From Diplonema japonicum (taxonomy: Eukaryota > Protista > Euglenozoa: Diplonemea), in the NCBI GenBank assembly GCA_964019335.1, contig OZ025648.1:434001-498000 (forward strand): DNA of 64,000 nucleotides. The letters run 5' to 3'. Numbering within the stretch: position 1 is the stretch's first letter; the number at the start of each line of letters is the position of its first letter. Of the stretch, positions 11,624 through 26,000 are shown piece after piece. The position numbers and the translations under genes are program-made. The notes below the pieces were generated by a model that was not told where the DNA came from, ran no database searches, and saw only the letters and a list, made by a program, of their open reading frames with translations.

Positions 11624-11833
11624 CTTTTTCTTTTCTTTTTTTTCCTTTCTTTTTCCCCGACCTCCTTGAGACAAAAAAAATGAAGGGCGGGAAAAAAAAA
11701 GGGGGGTGTGTGTGGAGGGGTATGTGTTATACGGTTTGAATTGTTTTAATAAAACACAAAAAAAAAATAACAATGGAAACGGAAGAAAAAAAAAAGAAAA
11801 AAAATATTAAACTTGAATAAAAAACACCCCCTC

Positions 11834-14800
11834 TCAAACAGCGAACATGTACTTATTTGCCAATTTTACGAAAATCTGTAATAAAAAAAAAAAAATTCCT
11901 TCCCCCACCCCCCAAGTAGCAATAATACCTGCTCAAGCCCGATCGCCTGACTAATCGTAAAACTAGAGAAACCCCACGCTTGCTTATTTTCGGCTAATAT
12001 ATTGTAACAATGCGACAGGCGCATGTTCGAAGGGATACAGTACTTAATCTTTTTTTTTTTTTTTTTTTTTATTTCCCGGGGTAAAGTAGGGTTTACCTTT
12101 TCCCTCGACAGATTGTCCTGGCCCCTCGGAACCAATTTTTACCGAGCGAAGCGAGGCACAATCTGTCTCGGGGAAATAAACCCTACTTTATTGCCCCGGA
12201 ATAAATAGTTTTTTTTTTTTTTTTTTTTTTTTTTTCCAATACATACCGGGGCTGAACGATGCCGCCTCTCTAACTGAACTGCCTTTGGAAACACTTCAAG
12301 AAACGCACGCCGCAACTTACAAATCCCAATCGGGGGACACCGGTCCCCACTATGGTCCAGATTCGATATAGGGACGCACCGCTGCACATTCGTGGCGTGG
12401 TTCACAACAAGAGCCGTTTCGTACGAAGGCATTCCACAGACCACTCCTGAGAATGAACCAGTCAACTCACGGACCTGCTGCCCGATCGAGCAAAGGCTAG
12501 CCTCGTCCTCTTGCCTACTAGAGAAACTAGGCACCAATGTCACAGTGTACCCATCTCCAAAACGATGTTTCAAGTGAACCGGGGAACCTAAACATCGGAG
12601 TCGAGACGATACAAAAATACCGATTCTCGAGCACACCGACTCGGCCTCCTTCATGGAGTGCGTGGTCAAGATAACAGACCTATCCTGCGATATCGTTTTT
12701 CTGATGGCGTTCCACAGCGAGATCCTCGACGCAGGGTCCATCCCAGCGCTCGGCTCGTCCAGTATGGACACCTCAGTCCCGGAGAACAACGACAGCATCA
12801 CTTGAAGCTTTTTCTTCGTTCCTCCAGACAGCTCCTCACCGCGGCCTCGGAACGGTCCAAAATTCACCTCACTACAACCCATGTCGCACCACTTTTTCAT
12901 GTTTTCCTCGCTCATTGTGTCGCCGTACCTGATGCGGAGGTAGTACGACATATGCTCAGCGACGGTGATCTTGTCCCATATGATGTCGTGTTGCGGGCAG
13001 ACTGAGATCGACTTCCGGAGGAGGATGCTCCCCTTTGATGGAAGCTCCAAGCCGGAGATCATGTTGACGAGCGTTGACTTCCCTGCGCCGTTGGGTCCCA
13101 GGACGCCGAGGCACTCGCCACGTTCCAGTCCCAATGTCACGTCCTGTAAAGCGTTTCTGCCGGGTTGGTACGCTTTGTACAACCCGGTCACCGCAACAGG
13201 GTCCGCGCCCTTCGCCACCCTTTTCTTCTCCGCCAGGATATCCTCGTCCGTGTCGGGCACATTGTGCGGGGGGTTCGCGGCCTCCGCCTTCACCACCGTT
13301 TTCAGGGAGAACCTCAACGCCAAGCACAGCACTGTGATGTGCGTCGCGAATGCGGCAAGTGCCACCTTCGTGTTGCGTTCCACCACAGCGTAGATAAAAG
13401 TGGACGCGGGGGTAAGATTGCGCACCAGGGTATCAACCCACGGCTGCCAGGGGACCTCGTACAATGCAAAGTACACCTTTCCTGCAAAAATAGGAAGGTA
13501 CGAGGAGGTGACCGTCACGAACATGATAACGACGACCAGGACCTGAACGGTGGTCATCTTGCTGAAGAGAATAACGAAGACATGTGAGGTAAGCGACACA
13601 GAAACCCCGAGAAGCATGACCCAGAGGAAGGCAAGAGGGTCGTAGAGCTGCTGGATACCAAAGAGGATGGGACTGAAGAGCGTGAACATCGCCAGAGGGA
13701 CGAGAAGAAGTGTGTCAATGGTAACTGCACCGCCCCAGTAGGTCCACTCCTGGAGGCCCATGACACGGAGAGTGTGGATGGTTCCACGGGTAAAGTCGCG
13801 AGCGGACTCGGTGACACCGAAGGACTGCTGCAAGGCAATGGCGGTGACGAGCGAAGCACCAAACATCATGGTGAGAGAGTCGATGTCAGACGAGCATGAG
13901 GTGCTGTGTGTGTTGCTCTCACGTGAAGGAGTGTTCTTGATGTCTATCCCGTACATGCTGCTGTACAGCACGTCGAGCATAAAGCTGGTTATCGTGGTAG
14001 ATGCCGTCGGCATCAGGAGAACTGACACGTTCCGCGGCTGCACGCTGTCTATGATCATGCCAACGGGCGTCGATAGGGTGCAGCTCGACTCGTTTGAATA
14101 CAGCTCGTTAAGAGCTAGCTCTGTCAGTTTAACCTCATTCTTGCCCGCGTGGTCGCGCAGCGTTGCGTGCAGCGATTGGTGCACCCCCACATTGTCAACC
14201 ACAAAGAACGAGTTGTCAGTCATCACCCGTGATGAACAGTCCATCTTGTGCGTGATGAGGCTGACCACTGAGATCGTGAACACAATGACGAGCCTTTGCA
14301 ACACTTGCGACCTGCTCCTCAAGAAAGTCTTCAGCCTGATGTCAGAGATCACTTCCAGCTGCGTCAATACATCAATGCACGGCACTGCTGGTAGTAGAGA
14401 AAAGTCCATTTGCTGTGTGTCTTCGGGTTTGTCGCCTACAGACATGAAAGCGTCCTCCAGCCCTGTGGTGCCTAACGTGATGTTCTCGACGCCTTCCTCT
14501 GCTTCGAGCTTTTCCAGTGTCCCGACGACCTCCTTCTCCGTGTTGATCTTCATGAACAGGTCCTTGCCCCTCTTGTCGCACGGAAGGCCCAGGCGCTCTG
14601 GGTCGAACCGCTTCCCTGGTGTCATAGTCGCGGTGATGGTGTGGCTTTTCCAGAACATTGAATCCAAGAAGTCGACGTCCCCGCTGCACCGTATCACACC
14701 CTTCTCCATGATCCCGATGCGGTCGCCGAGCTGCGCTGCTTCGTCGACGTGCTGTGTAGTGACGAGCACCGTGCACCCCGCTTCCCTGTACTGCCCCAGA

Positions 14801-16707
14801 AGCTTCCATGTCTTCATCCTGCCTATGGGGTCTAGGCTGGCGCAGGGCTCATCCAAGATGATCACCTTTGGTTTCCCGATCAGTGCCATGGCGATGCACA
14901 GTCTTCTCTGCAGTCCGCCAGACAACGCGCCAGCAACAATGCCCTGTGGGATGCTCAATGCGTCCAGAAGCTCCAGTTGGTCGGGAACATTTCTGAGGGA
15001 CGAAATAACATGGATGTGTTGTTCGGGTGTGAGGGAGGGCCAGAGGACGTCCGTTTGCAGACACAACCCGATGTCTTCTTTAATGTGCTCCATCTCGGTG
15101 GCGATGTCGTACCCGCAGAGCGAGGCTGTCTGGTAGGACCCTGGGGAGAGACACCCGGTTAGCATCTTGATAAATGTTGACTTCCCGGCACCATTGCGAC
15201 CAAGCAGAGCGTAGATCTCGCCCTCCTTCACGGTGAGGGAAAAATCTTTAAGAACGTCGCTGGTGGCACCTGGATAACGCTTTGTGACGTGCTCACACTC
15301 GATGGCGGGGTGGCCGGGGGGGTCAGGCTGCATGGAACAAGAAGAGCATGCTGATATAGACGCTTCCAAGTCAACCTCCTCCGTGCGAATAAGCTTCAGA
15401 CTACTGAGCTTGTGCACATTCTTACGCTGGAACGGGAAGAGCCACGGCTTGCCACCTTGCTCTGCAGGGCGCACTTGCACCAAGTACCATGCCATAACCG
15501 CGCACAGCACAACATCAATTGCAAGCGCTGTTCTTGCCTGGCTTGCCTTCACCGTCCATGAAAAACAATTAGTCTCGTCAATGGGCCATGAGAAGAAAAA
15601 AGCGACCGCCGGGTTGATACAAGCATAGATCGCGTACTCCGTGGGCCCCAGGATGTATGCCATCGCTACACAAACAAAAGAGGAAATAGAAAAGAGGTTG
15701 CTGCACCACTTCCACTCACGAATCATGGCGGGTATGGTGCAGGATATAAGGCATAAACACGTGATGCAAGTTAGGGAGGAATAAACATATGCCCAACCCA
15801 GTATCAGGCCGGGCGTAAGTATGAAAGGCATCGACGTGAGGAGCGTGAACACGACATGCGACATGGCGTACGCTGTCTCGGATGTTCCGGACCATCGCAG
15901 AAGCTCGCGGGTCCGTGAGTGACGCTCTTCGTAAATGCGTTGCGCGGGGGCAACTGAGAGGCTCCACAGACCGAAGTACACTGTGAACCCAACAAAGACC
16001 TTGACCCACCCGCTTTGTTCCTTTCCAGGGAAGTAATATGCAATGTTCATACTCTTCATCGCCTGAGCCCCGTTTGCCCGTAAAACTACAAAATCGTTCA
16101 ACACACTGAGACCCCATGCAAGCTGCATAGTACTAATCTCATGAGATATAATGCTGTAGTCGAACACTGACCGGACTGTCATGTTACCAGGCCACTGAAC
16201 ATCCCAAGGGCGGGGCCGGTATCGTTGTGCTGGGTATGAAATAGCGTTGCCTACTGTATAAGAGGAGGTGTCGTGGAGTCGCAGAACACACTTTCCGACC
16301 CAAGCAGATCCTTGTTGCGTGTACTCCCCGTTGCATCGAGGGTAGCCCGCTACCCGGACAGTGGTTAGGGGGTCGGTCATGGTGACGGCTAGCACGCCAG
16401 GTTGTTTTGGATGTTTGAAGGAGGCTATTGAGCCCCGAGACATGTCTACGCCTCTCCGGTCGAGGAAGGCTTCAAGTTGGTCCCCCATTTCATCTGAAAC
16501 ACCTGCGACTCCTATGCGGGGTCTCGACCCTGTCCAGGTTTTCACCCTAGGCCCCTGCATCCCGTCCAACAACACGATTATGAAAGCGCCCATCAACACA
16601 AATGCCATCGCACCGACCATCCTCGCGAGAAACAAAAACCATTTAGCCACCGCCGCGTACCATTCCTTCAGAACCAATCCTTTTACTTGGTAGAGCCATT
16701 TATTCAT
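11834..16707 (-). CDS. ABCA-family full transporter, ~1540 aa; exons 16707-12247, 12048-11929, 11875-11834
   Basis: Two NBDs (GRNGAGKST/LSGGLQRR/IILDEP and GPNGAGKST/LSGGTKKK/SILDEP) and two TM blocks. Splicing restores the ABCA tail IKYCIPSNMRLSHCYNILAENKQAWGFSSFTISQAIGLEQ|IFVKLA. The first acceptor could be 12043 instead, in the same phase. Confidence 0.92.
12066..12208. mobile_element. Palindromic MITE-like foldback inside ABCA intron 12049-12246
   Basis: Imperfect ~60-bp arms (ccggggtaaagtagggttta...gacagattgt versus acaatctgtc...taaaccctacttta..ccccgg), flanked by T runs. Confidence 0.7.
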
Positions 16708-16999
16708 TTACCGGGGGAGAGAACGAGAAAAGGGGGGGAAATTATAAACAGAAAAAAGAAGAAGATTTGAGTGTGTAATTTTTGTTCTCTTTTTTTAGAA
16801 TGGGAGGAAGAAAAAGCGGGGGGGGGGGGGGGGGATCTGCAATGAAGGTGATGATGTGGGGGGGGGGGGGTTCTTTTCGCCCTTCGACTGGTTTTTAAAA
16901 CAAATATAAAAAAGAAATTGGAGAGATACAGGAGAGCATTAGAATCTGAAAAGAATGAAAAAAAAAGAAAGCGCCACCTATGAAATAGTTCGATACACC

Positions 17000-19900
17000 T
17001 TACTCTTCGGAGTCAGGTGCAGGGGCCACTTTCATTTTTGCAAGCTCGGCCCTTGTCGCGAATATCTTCGGAAGAAGCTTAGCGAGGTAGGGGCGGACGC
17101 TGAGGAACTCGTTTTCAGGCCCCACCAACGACAACACCGGCAAAAAAAAAAACATCGCCCAGAGATACGAGAACGCAACGGTGAGGAGGAAAAAGACCCC
17201 GAACTTGTAAAAAAACTGAACCCAAGTACACAAAAGGATCAACGCAGCACCGATGGATGTAGCAGCACCACCAAGCACCGTGGGGCCCATATCAGAAACA
17301 ACTTCATAAACACGCTTCTGACGTTCAGTTACAAAACTGCTGTCAGTGTCACCAGTCTCAACAGAAACATGGTTATAATGCACCGCAAAGTGCACAACAT
17401 AATCAACAGACAGCCCGACAAGGATGGTAATGGCTACGGACTCGATCATCCCAAGCTCCCACCCGAGAAGCTCCACCATTCCCAACACGTACCCGACCAC
17501 TCCAAGGAGCTCCAACAACACTATCAATGCCATTAATATATTCAAAGTTGCGCCAAACACAACAGCAGTGGCGAGGCTTAGTGACATTAGCGTACCGGAG
17601 ATCGCGCCCCTAACAAGCATCAGTTGGGTGTGCATCCACACCCATACGTCGGCGGAGTGTATTATCTTATCTTTCAAAGGGAACGTGTTCGGGTAGATCG
17701 CCTGCACCCATGGGAGATCTCCCGAGTTTACATCGCCTATCCAGCTGTCCCAGTCGTCGTGCCAGTCCTTGATAGCGTCGTGAGGGTTGCCCCACACCTG
17801 AAGCGATGTGTTGAATGTGAAGAACATAACGCTGATCCCTGTCGGCGGGCGGTCCGTCCCATCCCCAAACTTGAACAGAATCTTGTCGTTGTAAACTAGA
17901 TGCGGGACAAAGGATTCGTGCTTGTTCGAGTACACCACGAAGTCCCACAGCCTGGAGAGATACGTTCCTTGAGGGACTGGGAAGGTCTCGTTGTGCTCCC
18001 CGAGCCAGTCTCGAAACCCCTTCATGATGCAGTTCTGCTCTTGAATCCCGAGAAGGTGTCGTTGGATGAAGGCGCCTGGCTGCTTGGATCTATTGTACGT
18101 TTGGTCGCACAGCTCAATTGCGAACAACTGGAACGCCTCTGATGTGAGCGTGTCCTGCCACCCTGGTTCGCTCCATATGTTAGGTTCCCCTAAATCGTCC
18201 GGGTCGTACCTGTCCGTGCCTGACCTGTCGATGGTGTCCCATGGGTTGAGTCCTACTGAGACACGTACCAATGGCACCGAATCTTGATCGTTCGAAGGGA
18301 AGTCTGAAGAGAGAGACGTCATGAATCGTTGGATGGGGTGCCAGTCCGGCAGCCACTGTTCGTTCTTCGTGGTAGGGGTCAGCTTGGAAGCGCTGACAAC
18401 CATGAAGATCCACACGGCGATCATCACGCAGCACGGTGCGAACCGCAGCAGCTTCATGTTCTTGCTCGGCATGGTCCCGGACAGGAAGGCCGCCGTGTGC
18501 TGAACGATCTCCGATTCAGCGTTCTTTTTAAACCCCAGCTCCACCCTGCGAGACTGGTACGCCTTGATCACGTTCATAGACGCGCAGAAGAACAGCAGCC
18601 CACCTATCATCAACGCAAGCCACATGGGGAACCTTGGGCTCTTTGACTCATGATCCTTCTGCATTGCAATATACCCGAAGAGGTACAATGCCAGCGCTAG
18701 CAGTATTAGAATCACACACGCTCTCTTGCGCACCACCAGCTCTGTATCATCGAGGTCCCCCATAATCAGTGGTGAGTCGGGGCTTGCCACCTTTCTGGGC
18801 GACTCCTGCGATTGATCTAGATTCTGCCCCAGCCCGGCCCTGGCCTCTTCGAGCGTCTCAAACGTCCTCGCCTCCAGCAGCTTGGCCTCCATGAAATCCA
18901 GATTGCTATTATCGCTTAAGTGCGTGTAGCACGTGCAGCAGTTGCACCACTTCCCCATCATCTGGTTCCCACAGCAGCAGCAACCGAGGGTGTTCTCGTA
19001 GTTCCTGTGGTAGATTACAACAGCGCAGGCGAAGAAGGTCATGACGAGGAGGTAGTCGAAGAAGACGAGAATGGCCGCGAAAAGACCGAAGAGCCCGATT
19101 TCCAAAAGCGGTGAAGTCATGGTCGCGATGAAGGCGGCCATCGTCGTCATCGACGTGATCCCCATCGCCGTCCCTGCGATCTTCCATGCATGCGCCATCC
19201 TCCCCTTCAGGTACGTGCAGTTGTCCGCACGCGGCTTCACATTCGCCTGCACCCAGTTGTCCATGAACACGAAGATGTCGTCCGCCCCAATGGCGAGGAC
19301 AATGTACAGGGTCAGACCCGACAGCCCGTAGAACGCTTTCACTTGGAAGAGAACTCGGTACACAAAGTACCCCATAGGGAAGGGCATGATCACTTGGATC
19401 ATCCCAAGCGTTGCGAGGAAGAAGGACCCGGTGTGGATCTGCAGGTACAGGTACACGAACATGAAACTGACAACGGCGAGCAGGGCGTCGCGCATCATGA
19501 TCGCCATCAGCATTTCGAACATGATCCCGTCTGCGAAGTAGAGTGCCTCGACAGGGCCGTTGAGGTTGTCGTAGTACGTAGTGAAGTCCTTGATCCAGTT
19601 CGCAAGGTCTTTGATCTGGTCAGCTGACGAACCAGGCGTTGTGTCTTTAGGAACGTCCATAAACTGGTCGTAGGCACACCCTGTGTGGTTCAAGAACATT
19701 CCCGAGAAGTTATTCCAAAGACAGCCTTTCTCGTTCTCACAGTCTTGCTTTGTGAGGTATGCCTGGCAGGGCAGCGTCATTGTGGACATCTGGACACGTT
19801 CAGGAGGGCCTCCAAAGGTGATCGATCCACGGGAATGTTTTGCAGTCCATTTAAGCGGGTCGCTGTCGGGGAGGGAAGGGTCTGCAAATGATTTCCCGAA

Positions 19901-20792
19901 AAACATGTTCAACCAAGGGTAGTACGAGGTGCGGCGGAGGCGGTTGCAAGCTCTCAGGAAGGCCGTGAGCTCAACAGGCGTGGGCTCGATCCCTGTCGTC
20001 GATGCAAGGGTTTCAATATTTTCAAGACTGACCCTCGTCGTGCTCCTCAGATCCCTGATGAACGACAACATAGCAGTTTGAACGCAAAGCTCGAAATTTC
20101 CAACAACATCACATTCATCATACACGACAGTACCGTTAACTAAAGATGGCGTCGCAAGCCGCATATTCCACGCGACCCATGAAATCGAGGTCAAAGGCGC
20201 GGAACAAACTAGCTTCGACCCGTCTGGCATAGGATACTTCCCTGTAACGTCCCAGTTTGGCATGTACCATGGACAGTCCGTCCCTGGGCAGGCGGAGTTC
20301 ATTGGGAACCACGAGACCTTGCAGAAATCGGGGAACTGTTTGTCTTGAAGAATGTGGTCTTCTATCTCCCTCATGAACCGCATAGCCTCCAGAGAGAGAA
20401 CGTCTGCTCCTTCGTAAATCACGCTGAATGAAGACATGTAAGCACTGCGGATTGACTGGCGTGGAGCGTCAAGGCTGACCCCTGTTCCTGTGGGTTGAGC
20501 ATCGATGTAGTCGATAACTCGTTCGAGTGATTCGTGGCGTTCGGTGCGGACGTCGTCACGAGCCTTCAGTTCGCCGTCTGACAGGGAGAACCCTATGATG
20601 CCGAATCCTATGAAGGTTAGCAGTATGAAAATGAACCCGCACCCGCACAGACACCCCACGGGCCTGTCTACGATAAAGTTTGTGATCTTCAGCTCCATTT
20701 TCAGAATTTCTTCGTCGGAGAGGCCCTCCATTATCTTTCGATGCCTTGATGGTGAGTTTATAGATTGTGTCTCGGACTTGGATCCCCCCGTC

Positions 20793-20829
<37 letters not shown>

Positions 20830-20914
20830 CAAGGTCATCAATCTTAAGATCTGCATCGCTACCACTTTCTTTCTGTGGTACTATGTGCAGGATTTTTGCC
20901 TGTGTTGTTGTCAT
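17000..20914 (-). CDS. Dispatched-like Patched/RND sterol-sensing-domain membrane protein, copy A (1304 aa)
   Basis: 12-TM RND layout with two large loops. TM4 AIGADDIFV and TM10 GLSVDYVVH motifs. Confidence 0.9.
20795..20827 (-). repeat. (AAC)n microsatellite encoding poly-Asn
   Basis: In-frame ttg run gives N11. Confidence 0.9.
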
Positions 20915-22773
20915 TCTTTTTTTTTTTTTTCCTTTCCTCCCCTTTTCCTTTTTGTTAAATTAATTCTTTTTGCAGGAAATGAGATAATTAAAAAAAAGGC
21001 GAGAGAATTCAAAAGGAAAAAAAAGGGGGGTGGTGGTGGTGAAGAGGGTGTTTTTTTTTGTTTTTTCATTTCGTTCTTTTTTTTTGGGGGGGTGAAGTTC
21101 TTTTCTTTTGATGGTGTTCAATTGAAACAAAAGAAAAAGAAGAAGAAGGGGTGGGAGGGCAGCAAAAAAAAAAGAAAAAAAATGAAATATTAAAAGAGAA
21201 AATAGGCAAAGGTATTATTTTTCATTCCCCCCCATTTTTTTTTAGTCTGCGTCAAATCGGGCTACATTACTTTTGTAAAACGTATGATTTGTAATTGCAA
21301 AAACAAGCGTTCCTATCCATCCAAAGAGAAAAAAAAAAAAGGAAAGAGGATATTTTTGCCTCCTCCCCCCATCTTATTATTTAACCACTTAAGGACCGCT
21401 TCCTCTTTTTTTTTTTTTTTTTGGTCCTTTTGTGGTTACATAGTCCCCCTTCCTCCTCTTTTTTCTTCTTCTCTATTATACCCTTCTCGTATCCTTTTTC
21501 GATTTTCCTCGGCTTATTTCTTTCGTCAACTTTTTGCTTCTATGCACAAAAGAAAGAGGAACCCCCCCCCCCCCCCCCCAGCATTCCGTAAATACAGTCC
21601 ATTTCTTCTTCTTGCGCTCTCGTCAATTGAAGAACACAAACCTATGCTCTTTTTTTTTTTTTTTTTTTTTTTTCTGTCTCCTTTTTTTTTCACAGAGGAA
21701 GGAAAACAAAAAGGAGAATAAAGAAAGAATCTGACCCCCCTAATATTCCCCTCCCTCCCTTTTCATTATTTTTTTCTTGTTTTGGTTTTCTTTTCTTTTT
21801 ATTATTTTTTTTATTTTATTTTTTTTATTATTAAGACTGAACCGAAGAAAAAAAAGGGGGAAGAAGAAGAAGAAGAAGGAAAAAAAAAAAAAAAAAAAGA
21901 AAGGGTAAGAAGTTAGAGAGAGTGAGTGGAAAAAAGGATTTTGATCCTTCTTTATTGCTCTGCTTTCCATAGCAGCATTCTTACAATATTCTCTTTTTTT
22001 ATTTTTCTTTCCCCCCCCCTTCTTGTTTGTTGGTTAAGGATGGTATCCCACTTACCTACAACACGGAGAAAAAAGAAGAAAAATAGTGCTACCTTATATA
22101 TATATATATTTTTGTGTTTTCTGGATGCTTTATAATAAAAAATAAAAAGAATATTAAAAAGAAAAGGAGATCCCTTCACCAATACCGAGGGTCGCGTAGT
22201 TGAAGACAGCTACATGTTATTCTGATAAGGAATAAAGGGTCTGCCAAGAGAACGAGAAAAAAAAAAAGAGAGAAAAAAAAAAAGAGAAAAAAAAGAAGAA
22301 GGAAAGACTAGGTTGATAGGAAAATCTAAGATGAAGATAGGAAGAATAAAAAAAAAAAAAAAAAAAAAAACGATTGAGGGAAAAAGTAGTTAGAATAAAA
22401 AAAAAAACTTTTTTTTTTGACTTGCATATGAACAGCAAATTTTGCCCCAATTCCCAAATGCTGTTTGCACACTCAACATACAGCACATCCCTTAGAAATA
22501 TTTACAAGGAGAATGGAGAGAAAGACGGGCGGAACTTGGGTGATATTCTAATGCAGTCCAGAGGGAAGAAGCAGAGGAGAAAAAAAAAAAGAAGGGAAAC
22601 AGAAGAAAAGAGAAGTGGGTTTTTTTTTTCCACCCCCCCTCCCTTCTCTGCAATATAGCTGATCCTCAGAACCCCCAAGTAAAAATAACGAATATTCGGG
22701 AGTTAACAACGCTGAGGGGGAAAAAAAATCAACTTTTACAGAAGAGGGGGAGGGAAAAAAAAAGTAAAAAAAA

Positions 22774-22809
<36 letters not shown>

Positions 22810-23097
22810 ATCGAAGACATGGAAAAGCCCATCGCCCCAGAGTAAGGAACTAAAGAGGGTAGGGGAACAACCCCCCCTCAAAAAAATAGAATAAAGTAAA
22901 GTCTGCAAAAGAAAAACCCGTTTTTTTGGACCACGTGAAAAGCATCATGCATATCGTGTCTGGATCAAATACCGGTAGCTTCAGAGTCACTGTGTGAAGT
23001 CCAGTGGTTTTTCTCTACCACCCCCCACTTTCTTTCTGTAAAGAGAGAATCACCATCTCTTAAAAAGAAAAAAGAAGAAAAAATATCCCCCCCCCTC

Positions 23098-26000
23098 TCA
23101 GTTCATAGTATCCTTCTGTGGTTGCTCCGCCTCGGTTTCTTTCTTCGTCATCTCCACATCGCGAACGTCCTGGGCCTCCCTGTCAGTTCGGAGACATTTG
23201 ATGAACTTTGCCAAGAACGGACGGAAGCTGAGGAACTCGTTTTCAGGCCCGATCAAAGACATGATTGGGAGGAAGAACAACATAGAGAATACATACGAAA
23301 ACACAATTGTCAGAAGGAAAAAAACACCGAACTTGTAAAAAAACTGAACCCAAGTACAGAAAAGGATCAACGCAGCACCGATGGATGTCGCAGCACCACC
23401 AAGCACCGTGGGGCCCATATCAGAAACAACTTCATAAACACGCTTCTGACGTTCAGTGGGCCCATTGTCACCGTTGACAGAATTCTTATCGCTGAAGCTT
23501 TCCAAGGTGTCGACGGAAACATGGTTATAATGCACCGCAAAGTGCACAACATAATCAACAGACAGCCCGACAAGGATGGTAATGGCTACAGACTCGATCA
23601 TCCCAAGCTCCCACCCGAGAAGCTCCACCATTCCCAACACGTACCCGACCACTCCAAGGAGCTCCAACAACACCAGAAATCCAATCAACACATTGAAGCA
23701 AGCCAGTGTAACGATGCCTGTGGCAAGACCTAATGACACCAACGTTCCGTTGATAGCACCCTTCACCAACAGGTACTGGGTGTGCATCCACACCCACACA
23801 TCGGAAGCGTGCACCCATCTGTCTTTTAAGGGGTATGCGTCGGGGTAGATGTTCTTCACCCATGAAGGCGTCCCTGCGTTGATATCCCCCAGCCAGCTGT
23901 CCCAGTCGTCGTGCCAGTCGACAATGTCACCGTAGGCGTTGCCCCACTGCTTCAGCGTGGTGTTGTACTCCATGAAGATCGCCTTGATTCCCGTTGGTTG
24001 TGTCTTGTCCGTCCCGAACTCGTAAAGTACTTTGTCGTAAAAGACCTCGTGGGGTTTGTACACGTGGTTCCTGCTCTGCTTCAGGTGCTGTTCGCTTGTG
24101 AAGTTCCACATCGTCGCCACAAGCTGGTTCGGTTCCACCGGGAAAGCATCGCCCTTGTCCTCCACCCACTCCTTGAATCCCCTCATGAAACAGTTCTGGT
24201 CGTTGATGCCAAGCAGCTGCCTCTGCAGGTACCACGCGGGGTCCTTCGATTTTGTGAAGGTTTGGTCGCAGAACTCGATGAAGAACCTCTGGAACTCCTT
24301 GGACGTCAGGTCCTGTTGTTTGGTCGCATGGTCGGAGTACACAGGCTGCCCGATGTCGTCGGAGTCATACTTGTCAGTCCCGCTCCTGTCGATGGGGTCG
24401 TGGTTGAGGCCGATGATGACTTGGACCTTCCACGCGAACTCCTGGTCGTTAGTCAGGAAGTCGTTGTGTGACGCGTCCATGTACCTCTGGATGGGGTGCC
24501 AGTCCGGCAGCCACTGCTCGTTCTTTGTGGTGGGGTGGAGCTGCACTGCCCTCGAGATCATGAACCCCAGAATTGCCACAAGTATGATCGCCGGGACGAA
24601 CCTCACACCGGGCTTTGCACCAATCCCACTTGTCCCCGACAGGAACGGTGCCACCAGAGTTGTCATGAAGTTGTCCGCCGATTCTGACAGGCCTAGTTGA
24701 ACCTTCCTTTCCTTAGCCGCTCTGAAGGCGTTCATTGATCCGCAGAACACCAACAGGCCGACAACGATGATGGACGCCCACCGCAGGTACGTCGTGCTCG
24801 ATGTGTCGTGGTCCGCCTGAAGCATGATGAACCCGATGAAGTAGACCACCACAGCGACCACCAGCAGCACCAGCCCCACGATCCTCCTCCGCTTGAACTC
24901 AACGTCGTTCGCGAGGATTTCATCTATTTCTGCAGGCGACAGGTTAGGCTTTGGGCGTGGGCTCTTCTGCGGGCTCTTCGGGATATCTGTAGGGTCGTCC
25001 TTGGTTTCAGGCTTCGCAAGCTCGAAGGTCTTCATGTCGGGCGAGTGGTCCAGCAGGTCGCCTAGCACCCTCCTGGCGTTCTCGAGGGTTTCGTAAGTCC
25101 TCGGTTCTGTGAGCTGCGTCCTGCAGCACCCGATTGGCTCTGCATCCACATCGTAACCGTCGGGTGTGTGCGGTGTCTCCTCGTCCTCGATGGTCCCGGG
25201 AGCAAAGCACGTGCAGCAGTTGCACCACTTCCCCATCATCTGGTTCCCACAGCAGCAGCAACCGAGGGTGTTCTCGTAGTTCCTGTGGTAGATTACAACA
25301 GCGCAGGCGAAGAAGGTCATGACGAGGAGGTAGTCGAAGAAGACGAGAATGGCCGCGAAAAGACCGAAGAGCCCGATTTCCAAAAGCGGTGAAGTCATGG
25401 TCGCGATGAAGGCGGCCATCGTCGTCATCGACGTGATCCCCATCGCCGTCCCTGCGATCTTCCATGCATGCGCCATCCTCCCCTTCAGGTACGTGCAGTT
25501 GTCCGCACGCGGCTTCACATTCGCCTGCACCCAGTTGTCCATGAACACGAAGATGTCGTCCGCCCCAATGGCGAGGACAATGTACAGGGTCAGACCCGAC
25601 AGCCCGTAGAACGCTTTCACTTGGAAGAGAACTCGGTACACAAAGTACCCCATAGGGAAGGGCATGATCACTTGGATCATCCCAAGCGTTGCGAGGAAGA
25701 AGGACCCGGTGTGGATCTGCAGGTACAGGTACACGAACATGAAACTGACGATGGCGAGCAGGGCGTCGCGCATGATAATGTCGAGGAACTTCTTGAACAA
25801 GATGCCGTCTGCCACGTACAGCACATCGACAGGGCCCGACACGTCGTCGTAGTGGTCGTCAAAGATGTCAGCGAAGCGATCACCGAAGTCCTCCGCCTGG
25901 TCCTGGTTGATGGTCGCCCCGGGGGTGTCGGACACCTCGTGGTACTGGTCGGGAGCACACGCCAGCAGCTCCTTATTGTAACCCGCGTACGGCGTCCACA

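Noticed and set aside
8600-11800. Poly-F/poly-K ORFs here and in the other spacers
   Set aside because: Translations of homopolymer runs with no domain content.
14745-14765. ABCA NBD1 H-loop reads TTQ rather than TTH
   Set aside because: This variant is known in several ABCA members and is not notable.
22945-23007. H/ACA-like hairpins here and at 57607-57665
   Set aside because: Pockets are asymmetric or the upper stems weak, so compatible with chance.
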